The translations under genes were made by a program, and so were the position numbers. Below are positions 15,223 to 22,616 of a DNA stretch of 39,049 nucleotides, piece by piece. The notes below the pieces were generated by a model. It saw only the letters and a list, made by a program, of their open reading frames with translations. It was not told the DNA's origin and ran no database searches. Source of the stretch: a virus; the IMG/VR virus record IMGVR_UViG_3300005260_000003, positions 1 to 39,049 of that record. One strand, written 5' to 3'. The first letter of the stretch is position 1, and each line of letters starts with the position of its first letter.

Positions 15223-15969
15223 ATGGCGGGGGCCGGCGGTGTCACTGTTCGCCAGATCGCGACGGAGGTGCTTTCGCTGCTCGGCGTGTACGCGCCGGGC
15301 GAGTCGATCGACGCCGCCGATACCGATACGTTGCTGTTCACGCTGAACGGCATCGTGGACGGTTGGGCCGCTGAGCCTCTGCTCATCTATCAATCCGTCC
15401 CGCTGCCGTTTACGACGATTCCGAATAAACAGTCGTACACGGTCGGGCCGGATAACTCGAACGACTGGGTAACAACTTGGCTGCCTTCGGAGTTTACGCG
15501 CTTCGGCACGCTCATCGCGACGGGGCTCGAAAATCCGATCGAGCCGCTCACGCGCGATCAGTGGGCGGCGATCAGCCTGAAAGGGCTCGCCTCGACGATC
15601 GCGTTTAACGTGTGGCCGTCGTACGGGAACACGTTTCACACGCTGTACTTCTGGCCGCTGCCGGCAGCGAATCAACCGATCATCTTGTACGCGGACGAGC
15701 AGATCCCGCGCTTCACGACGATCGATAACACGGTCGCGCTGCGGCCTGGCTACCAGGAACTCATCACGTACGAGCTCGCGCTGAAGGCGGCGCCGAAGTG
15801 GGGCGCGGACGCAGTCGTGCCGGCGTGGCTCCCGGTCGCGTGGCAGGAGGCGAAGGCGCGCGTCAAGGCAGCGAACTTCGCGCCGATCGATGCCGAATGT
15901 GATCCCGCGTTGACGGTGGCGGGGCGTCGCCGCGGCGGTGGGAGTATCGATTTCTACTTGGGAAAATGA
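15223..15969 (+). CDS. head-completion/head-to-tail adaptor protein (putative)
   Basis: 248 aa directly downstream of the coat region and upstream of a P22 gp10-like gene. The call rests on position plus the general motif pattern (LNGIVDGW..., LYFWPLP). Confidence 0.7.
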   Translation: MAGAGGVTVRQIATEVLSLLGVYAPGESIDAADTDTLLFTLNGIVDGWAAEPLLIYQSVPLPFTTIPNKQSYTVGPDNSNDWVTTWLPSEFTRFGTLIATGLENPIEPLTRDQWAAISLKGLASTIAFNVWPSYGNTFHTLYFWPLPAANQPIILYADEQIPRFTTIDNTVALRPGYQELITYELALKAAPKWGADAVVPAWLPVAWQEAKARVKAANFAPIDAECDPALTVAGRRRGGGSIDFYLGK

Positions 15970-17405
15970 AGTTCGAGGAATTTCTCGGCGCGACCTATGC
16001 GCTGCCGCAGTTCCAGGTCGATTGCCAGCGTAGCCTCAACCTGATCCCGCAGGTGGTCGCGGCCGATGGTGGCTCGCGCGCGACGCGGTTGATCTTGGTG
16101 CGTGCGCCGGGCCTCGCGTTGCGGCAGACGCTGCCGGATTCGCCGGGACGCGGCGCGTTCGCGCTGAATGGGCGCGCCTTCGCGGTCGCGGGTAGCTCAT
16201 TCTATGAGCTACTGTCGCCCACTACTTATATTCAGCGCGGCACGATTGCGGCGGGCACTTCCGCGGTCAAATTCGACGCGAACGGCGTGCAGGTCGGTTT
16301 CGTAGCGGATGGGCGCGGCTACATGTTCACACTCGCGACGAATGCGTTCGCGCAGGTGACAGACGTAAACTTTCCGAATCCCGCAGTCGGCTTAACCTCG
16401 ATCGATACGTACTTTCTCACGCTCGCCGGCGGAACGAATCAATTCTTTTACTCAGCGCTGCTCGACGGGCTCACGTGGTCGGGGATCGATTTCTCGGCGA
16501 CCGACGCGCCGGATCACGGCGTCACCCTCACGCAAAACAATAACTACCTCTGGGTATTTGGCCAGCAGCGGATCATCGTGTTTCAAGATACCGGCGCGAC
16601 GTCGAAGCCGTTCCAGCGCGTTCCCGGTGTCCAGATTGAAATGGGCTGCGCCGCTGCAGCCAGTGTCGCTTCCGTCGACAATACGCTCTTTTGGCTCGGC
16701 TCGTCCTCCCTCGGCGCGGGTGCTGTATACCGCGCCGATGGGTTTCTGCCGACGCGTATCTCGACGCACGCACTTGAAAGCGCGATCGCCAACTATGCGA
16801 CGATCTCGGATGCCACTGCCTACGGTTACAGTGAGGCGGGGCACACGTTTTACCGCCTCGATTTCCCGACCGCAAACGCAACCTGGGTCTATGACAGTGC
16901 GACGCGGCTCTGGCACGAGCGCGCCTATTGGGATCTGTCGACGGGATCGTTTCAGGCGGACTTAGCGCGCTACCACTGTTACTGTTTCGGCGCGCATCTG
17001 GTCGTCGATTATCAATCCGGCAACGTGTACGAGCAGTCGCTCGACTTTGCGGATCACGCCGGCAACCCGCTGCGCTGGCTGCGCGCGGCGCCGCGGCTCA
17101 ACGATGGGCAGAAGCGGCTCTTTTATTACTCGATTGAAATCGACATGCAGCGCGGCTCGGCGGTCGATGGTGGCGGGCAGGGCTCGGATCCGGTTGTGTT
17201 CATCCGCTGGTCGGACGATGGCGGCGGGACCTGGTCGGACTACCGGCAGGCCTCGACGGGCGCACTCGGCGCGTACGCGACGCGCGTGAAGGTACGCCGC
17301 TGCGGCTCGGGGCGGAATCGCGTGTGGGAAGTCTCAGGCTCGGATCCCGTTCCGCAACTCGCGCTGATCGGCGCGGAGCTGCATGTGATGGAGGGATCGA
17401 GCTAA
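15966..17405 (+). CDS. phage stabilisation/tail hub protein (P22 gp10-like)
   Basis: 479 aa (P22 gp10 is about 470 aa), coupled by ATGA. N-terminal YALPQFQVDCQRSLNLIPQ...VRAPGL...RGAFALNGRAFAVAG pattern, typical of this family from memory. Confidence 0.8.
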   Translation: MKFEEFLGATYALPQFQVDCQRSLNLIPQVVAADGGSRATRLILVRAPGLALRQTLPDSPGRGAFALNGRAFAVAGSSFYELLSPTTYIQRGTIAAGTSAVKFDANGVQVGFVADGRGYMFTLATNAFAQVTDVNFPNPAVGLTSIDTYFLTLAGGTNQFFYSALLDGLTWSGIDFSATDAPDHGVTLTQNNNYLWVFGQQRIIVFQDTGATSKPFQRVPGVQIEMGCAAAASVASVDNTLFWLGSSSLGAGAVYRADGFLPTRISTHALESAIANYATISDATAYGYSEAGHTFYRLDFPTANATWVYDSATRLWHERAYWDLSTGSFQADLARYHCYCFGAHLVVDYQSGNVYEQSLDFADHAGNPLRWLRAAPRLNDGQKRLFYYSIEIDMQRGSAVDGGGQGSDPVVFIRWSDDGGGTWSDYRQASTGALGAYATRVKVRRCGSGRNRVWEVSGSDPVPQLALIGAELHVMEGSS

Positions 17406-18755
17406 GTGGCGGCAACGACCACCGTCTTAATCGCGCCGCCGCCACTCGGCACGCCGTTTCTCGACGAGCGCGGCCGCGTCACGCAACCGTGGGCGGTCTG
17501 GCTCATTGCGATCACGTCGACGGGTTCGGTGGTCGAAGGGTTAACAAGTACAGTCGCCGGCGCGTTGCTTGCCGCGAACAATCTCGCGGACGTACCCGAC
17601 ACGACCGCGGCGCGGTTGAACCTCGGGCTCGGCAGCGCGGCTGTGCATTCAGCGGCGGATTTCGACGTCTCGGGCGCGGCGGCAGCGGCACAGGCTGCAG
17701 CCATCGCGGCGAGTGATCCCATTGGCGCGGCGTCCGCGGCGCAGGCGGCCGCCATTGCCGCGTCTGATCCGGTGGGTGCGGCCGCAGCCGTGCTCGGCTC
17801 AAGCGCACAGAAGTCGGCGAATCTCTCCGACCTTGGGAATGCGAGTACGGCGCGAACAAATCTCGGATTGGGCACGGCGGCGCAGCAGAACACGACGGCG
17901 TTTGATGCGGCTGGCGCGGCGGCGGCGGCGGTCGCGGCGATTCCGAATGCGGACGCGACGCATACGGGCACGTTGACTGCGGCGGATTGGAACACTTTTA
18001 ACAACAAGCAGGCGGCGCTCGGGTTTACTCCGCTCAATCCGGCAAACAACCTATCGGAAGTAACGCCGGCGACCGCACGCGGAAACCTCGGGCTCGCGAC
18101 CGTGGCGGCGACCGGCGCCTATAGCGACTTGAGTGGGCTTCCCTCACTCGGGACGGCGGCGGCTGCGAATCTCGCATCCTTTCCGGCGGGCACCTTCGCG
18201 GCGGGCTGGAATCTGAACGGGCAGACATTCTCGGGAAACGGCACCTTCTCGGGACTGCTCACTTTTGGATTGGCGAAGGTCGGCACGAATACCGGCTTTT
18301 CGATGGCCGAGTTTTCCTACTCGACGCTTTTCGGCACGGGCACGACTTACGGTGTACTCCACGATTCACTCGGGCGCCTGTACCTCAATGGAACGACTGG
18401 CAGTTACGTCTCTCTTCGCGTTAACAATGTCGAGGTTGCTCGCGTCAGCTCAACCGGTCTTGCTGTCAGCGGCAGTGTGACCGCTCCCATTGCAACGAAG
18501 AGCGCGGCGTACACAGCGACCACTTCGGATTTCTCGATCCTCGCCGACGCAACCAGCGCGGCGTTTAGCGTGACGCTGCCGGCGTCTCCTCTAACGGGGC
18601 AAGTCGTGAACGTGAAAAAGATCGACGCGAGCGCGAACGCGGTAACGGTCGCCGGCAACGGGAAAAACATCGATGGCGCCGCGAGCCAATCGTTGGCGGC
18701 GCAGTGGGCCAAACTCCAAATCCAATACAACGGTACCGCTTGGTTCACGCTTTGA
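17406..18755 (+). CDS. tail fibre protein with ARxNLGLG repeats
   Basis: GTG start right after the upstream TAA. Recurrent TAARLNLGLGSAA / TARTNLGLGTAA / ARGNLGLATVA motifs. Tandem AAQAAAIAASDP(I/V)GAA units near 17690-17780. Confidence 0.85.
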   Translation: MAATTTVLIAPPPLGTPFLDERGRVTQPWAVWLIAITSTGSVVEGLTSTVAGALLAANNLADVPDTTAARLNLGLGSAAVHSAADFDVSGAAAAAQAAAIAASDPIGAASAAQAAAIAASDPVGAAAAVLGSSAQKSANLSDLGNASTARTNLGLGTAAQQNTTAFDAAGAAAAAVAAIPNADATHTGTLTAADWNTFNNKQAALGFTPLNPANNLSEVTPATARGNLGLATVAATGAYSDLSGLPSLGTAAAANLASFPAGTFAAGWNLNGQTFSGNGTFSGLLTFGLAKVGTNTGFSMAEFSYSTLFGTGTTYGVLHDSLGRLYLNGTTGSYVSLRVNNVEVARVSSTGLAVSGSVTAPIATKSAAYTATTSDFSILADATSAAFSVTLPASPLTGQVVNVKKIDASANAVTVAGNGKNIDGAASQSLAAQWAKLQIQYNGTAWFTL

Positions 18756-18758
18756 CTT

Positions 18759-19061
18759 ATGTTTGATCTCCTTCACTCGACTTATCAGATGGCCGCGCCG
18801 GGCACGGCGGCGGACGATATCGACCGCATCATCGAAGGCGCACTCGCGCGGGCTCGCGAAAAACATGCGGATTGGGAACACTTCGCGCTCGGAATCGAGT
18901 TCCTTTCCTCGGTGTTCTTTACTGACCATCACAAAATGCCGCTCGACGATTACCTCGAAAGTCTTTACTGCGCGGTGAAGCATGGTGATTTTTCGAAGCC
19001 GTGGCGCGCGGAACTGCGCCGCATGCGCGCCGAAACGGAGCAGCCGGCGGCCGTGCAGTGA
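18759..19061 (+). CDS. hypothetical protein
   Basis: 100-aa ATG ORF whose stop overlaps the next start (GTGA). Confidence 0.6.
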   Translation: MFDLLHSTYQMAAPGTAADDIDRIIEGALARAREKHADWEHFALGIEFLSSVFFTDHHKMPLDDYLESLYCAVKHGDFSKPWRAELRRMRAETEQPAAVQ

Positions 19062-19483
19062 TTCGGCTCGCAGGCGAGGCGGATATTCCGCGACTCGTCG
19101 AAATGGGCAAGCGCTTTCGCGGCTCGACGACCTATGCGGGGCATATCGCCGAGAACCTCGACCGCATGGCAAACACGGCGGCGCGCCTCGCTGCGACAGA
19201 CGGCGTGCTTGTGAGTGAACGCGACGGGCGCATCGTCGGCATGCTCGGTTATATCTTGTTCGATCATTTTTTGTCGGGTGAGTTGATCGCGGGCGAGGTC
19301 TTCTGGTGGGTAGAGCCGGAGCATCGCGGCGACGGTGTACGGCTACTGTTCGAAGCGGAGAAGCGCGCGAGGGCCGCCGGCGCGCTGCGCATGCAGATGA
19401 TTGCGCCGACTGATCGGGTCGCGGCGGTGTATCAGAAGCTCGGTTACGAGTTTGTCGAGGCCGCGTACCAAAAGACGTTATGA
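19058..19483 (+). CDS. GNAT-family N-acetyltransferase
   Basis: VIRLAGEADIPRLVEM..., then RIVGMLGY...WWVEPEHRGDGVRLLFEAEKRARAAGALRMQM...VYQKLGYEF (acetyl-CoA-binding-like R/Q-x-x-G-x-G/A region). GTG at 19058 is preferred over the ATG at 19001, which would overlap the upstream gene. Confidence 0.75.
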   Translation: MIRLAGEADIPRLVEMGKRFRGSTTYAGHIAENLDRMANTAARLAATDGVLVSERDGRIVGMLGYILFDHFLSGELIAGEVFWWVEPEHRGDGVRLLFEAEKRARAAGALRMQMIAPTDRVAAVYQKLGYEFVEAAYQKTL

Positions 19484-20079
19484 GTGTCCCGCTTGAAATC
19501 TTCGACGATTTCGCGCCAGACGTGCGTAAAGTGCGCGAGGCGGTGATCGAGGAAGGCTTCGCGACGGAAATCGGACCGGACGGCGCGGAGTATACCGGCA
19601 TCTCGAAATGCGCCGTGCCGCATTGGCACACACGCATTAGCGAGCTGCTCGGCGTATCGATTCAACCGCGCATCTCCTGTTTTCGGCTCAATCTGAAAGG
19701 CGAGCTACCGCACTCCTGGGTGCATTCGGACGATATCTGCGCGCAGTGGGCCTCAGTCCTCTATCTGAATCTGCCTTCGCAGTGCCGCGGCGGCACGGCG
19801 TTCTGGCGGCACGCGACCCTCAATATGGATCGGTTGTTTACGCCGGTGGAGTTGAAGGCGTGCGGCTTGAATGCGACGACGTTCTACCCGTTCATGACAG
19901 AGCAGTGGAAGGATAAGGCGGCCTGGCGGCAGTACGATTTCGTGCCGATGCGGTTCGGCCGCTTCGTCACCTATCCGACTTGTTACTTTCATTCGCGCTG
20001 GCCGTGGGAAGGGTTCGGCGAAGGGCCGGAGAACGGGCGGCTGATTTGGGTGTGTTTCTATGACCGGGAGGAAAAATGA
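19480..20079 (+). CDS. 2OG-Fe(II) oxygenase-like protein (putative)
   Basis: Candidate HxD (WVHSDD), GGTAFWRH, and distal YFHSRWP histidine/arginine, in the order of the double-stranded beta-helix dioxygenase fold. ATGA coupling on both sides. Confidence 0.6.
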   Translation: MSVPLEIFDDFAPDVRKVREAVIEEGFATEIGPDGAEYTGISKCAVPHWHTRISELLGVSIQPRISCFRLNLKGELPHSWVHSDDICAQWASVLYLNLPSQCRGGTAFWRHATLNMDRLFTPVELKACGLNATTFYPFMTEQWKDKAAWRQYDFVPMRFGRFVTYPTCYFHSRWPWEGFGEGPENGRLIWVCFYDREEK

Positions 20080-20912
20080 GCATTGCCACAGGCACGGCTG
20101 TTGCTTTAGGTGTCGGCGCCGCCACCAGCATTGGCGGCTCGGCGATCGCCGCGCATGCGCAGGGCAAGGCGACCGATAAAGCGGTCGCGGAGCAGCAGAG
20201 CGAGGCGGATAAAACGCTTGGCTTTCAACGCGAGGTCTACGGAAACACGCTCGCGAATGAGCAGCCGTATATCGCAGCCGGTTCGGACGCGGTCGGCGCG
20301 TTGCGCTCGGGCCTCGCGAGTGGTGATCTGACCGCGGCGTATCCTGGGGGCGCGTTCCACTTTACAGGTGTGGATCTGCTGAATGATCCGGCCTATAAGT
20401 TCAACCTCGACCAGGCGCAAACCGCGATTCAGCGCTCGGCGGCGGCGCAGGGCGGGCTCGTTTCGGGCGGCACGCTAAAAGACCTCAGCGACTACACGAC
20501 GGGCTACGCGGCGAATCAATACCAGCAGAGTTACGCGAACGCGCTCGCGGCCTACAATCAGGCTTACTCGCAGTTCGAGAATACGCAGGCGAACAAGTTT
20601 AACCGGCTGGCCACGGTCGCGGGGCTCGGGCAGAACGCAGTCACACAAACGGCGACCTCTGGCAGTAACGCCGCCGCGACCACCGCCGCCACAAACGCGA
20701 ACACGGCGAACTCGCTCGCCGGGCTTTACACCGGGCAGGGCAACGCGACTGCCGGCGCGATCGGCGCGGGCACGAATGCGATTACGGGCGGCGTGAATTC
20801 GATCTCGAACTATCTGGCGCAGCAGCAGATGCTGCGTCAATTGACGGGCTCAAGCTACGGCGGCGTCACGCCTCCAGGTGTGGTTCAGCCGGGCGGATGG
20901 GTCGGAGGGTAA
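20076..20912 (+). CDS. internal virion/ejection protein (putative)
   Basis: Gly/Ala/Asn/Gln-rich 278-aa protein, first of three genes preceding the tailspike, as for the P22 ejection proteins. Confidence 0.75.
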   Translation: MSIATGTAVALGVGAATSIGGSAIAAHAQGKATDKAVAEQQSEADKTLGFQREVYGNTLANEQPYIAAGSDAVGALRSGLASGDLTAAYPGGAFHFTGVDLLNDPAYKFNLDQAQTAIQRSAAAQGGLVSGGTLKDLSDYTTGYAANQYQQSYANALAAYNQAYSQFENTQANKFNRLATVAGLGQNAVTQTATSGSNAAATTAATNANTANSLAGLYTGQGNATAGAIGAGTNAITGGVNSISNYLAQQQMLRQLTGSSYGGVTPPGVVQPGGWVGG

Positions 20913-20915
20913 CGG

Positions 20916-22616
20916 ATGGCTTCTGATCCTAGTGTTTACGGCATCTTTAATCGGCCGACGGTCGAGCTGCTCGATCCCTATACGGTGCAGGCGCGGCAGC
21001 TTGCGATTCGCAACGCGCTCGCCGCCGGGCAGATGCAGGATCAGCAGATCGCGACGGGTGCGCTTGAGCTCGAGGCGCGCCGGCGCGCGATGGCAGACGA
21101 GCAGGCGACTCGCGCGGCTCTCACGAGTTTCTACGGATCCGGATCCGCGCCGCCCGCGGGTCCGGGAGGTGCGGCGGCGGATCTATCGGTTCCCTCCGCC
21201 GCTGCGCCGGCACCTTCTGCGCCTACGGCTCCGGCTGCGGCGCCGGCTGCGGCTCCGGTACCGCGGCCGCGGGTGCCGACGATGGGCGAATTGATTCAGC
21301 ACGGCGTTCCGCCGCCGGCTGCTGCGGGACTCATTGAGTCATTTCAAAAGATCGACGCCAACACGGCCGCCATCGAGGAGAAGAAGGCCGCGGCGGCAAA
21401 GGCACAAAGCGAACTGAACACAGCGGTACAAGAGCACGCCGGCGAGATGGCCAGCGCGATTATCAAAAGCAATTACAATCCGGCGGTCAGGGATTGGCAA
21501 CTCGCGCACTTTGCAGGCCTCGGCGCTCCTTACGCGCAAATGGCGCAACAGGTCAAGGCGCAGATCGAGGCGAATCCTGACAGTGCGCCGGGCATTTTCC
21601 AGTCGATCGCAAACTCGGCGAAGGGGGCTCGCGAGGCCGCGGCGCGCGAGGGCGAAGTCACAAATCAGCAGCAACGGCTCACAGCGGAACTGCCGGGCTT
21701 GCAGGCCGAAAGTGTCACCAAGCAATTGACGGCACAAGGCAAGGCACCGATTCAGCCGGCGGAGCAGCAGCGGATCGCGCTCGAGCGGCAACGCGTCGCG
21801 GACGAAAACGCGCGCCTCCGTCTCGAGGCCGCGCGTTTCCAGCAGCAGTACGGCGATCCGACCGCCGGCGCCACGCCGGGCGAGTTGTACAAGGCGAAGT
21901 TGATCGCCAACGGCGACATACCGGCGCCGTCTTCGCGTTCGAAGGGCTACGATCGCACGCTGGCGCTCGTCATGAATACGGATCCGACTTACACGGAGGC
22001 GCGCTATCTCGGGAAGAAGCAATTTAAGACGGGTCCCGACGCGAATAACATCGTCAGCATCACAACGGCTCTCGCGCATCTGGATAACGCGCAGGCGAAC
22101 TCGGCGAAACTCGGCTTCGAGCCGACGCTCGGCGCGAACTGGGCGCCGGATCAGCGCCGCTATCACGCGGACGTCGACCTATTACAGGGCGAAGTCGGCA
22201 AACTGATTAAAAACGGTGTCGTCGCGGAAGGTGAGGCGAACCGCCTGATTTCGAATCTTACCTCCGTGCAGCAGCGCAACCGCGACGCGGCGCTCGACGA
22301 GTTAAAGAACCTGATGGGCGGCAAACTCGAGGGCATCGCGCAGAAGTATCGCAACGCGACAAACCAGGATCTACCGCTCTCGATGTTCGACAAAGCGACG
22401 CAGGCGCGCCTGGCGAAGCAGGGTCTACTCGGCGCCGGCGGCATTCCAGGGGAAGCCGCGCCGCAACCAACAGCGGCGCCAACTCCGGCGGCTCAACCTG
22501 CCGCCGCGAACAGGCCGGCGGGCTCGGTCTCGGTGACGGATCCGAACGGTGGCGTGCATGTCTTCCCGAACCAGGCCGCCGCCGACAACTTTAAGCGGCT
22601 CGCAGGCATTCGCTAA
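20916..22616 (+). CDS. internal virion/ejection protein (putative), coiled-coil rich
   Basis: 566 aa with long helical segments. Call based on position in the ejection-protein block. Confidence 0.75.
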   Translation: MASDPSVYGIFNRPTVELLDPYTVQARQLAIRNALAAGQMQDQQIATGALELEARRRAMADEQATRAALTSFYGSGSAPPAGPGGAAADLSVPSAAAPAPSAPTAPAAAPAAAPVPRPRVPTMGELIQHGVPPPAAAGLIESFQKIDANTAAIEEKKAAAAKAQSELNTAVQEHAGEMASAIIKSNYNPAVRDWQLAHFAGLGAPYAQMAQQVKAQIEANPDSAPGIFQSIANSAKGAREAAAREGEVTNQQQRLTAELPGLQAESVTKQLTAQGKAPIQPAEQQRIALERQRVADENARLRLEAARFQQQYGDPTAGATPGELYKAKLIANGDIPAPSSRSKGYDRTLALVMNTDPTYTEARYLGKKQFKTGPDANNIVSITTALAHLDNAQANSAKLGFEPTLGANWAPDQRRYHADVDLLQGEVGKLIKNGVVAEGEANRLISNLTSVQQRNRDAALDELKNLMGGKLEGIAQKYRNATNQDLPLSMFDKATQARLAKQGLLGAGGIPGEAAPQPTAAPTPAAQPAAANRPAGSVSVTDPNGGVHVFPNQAAADNFKRLAGIR

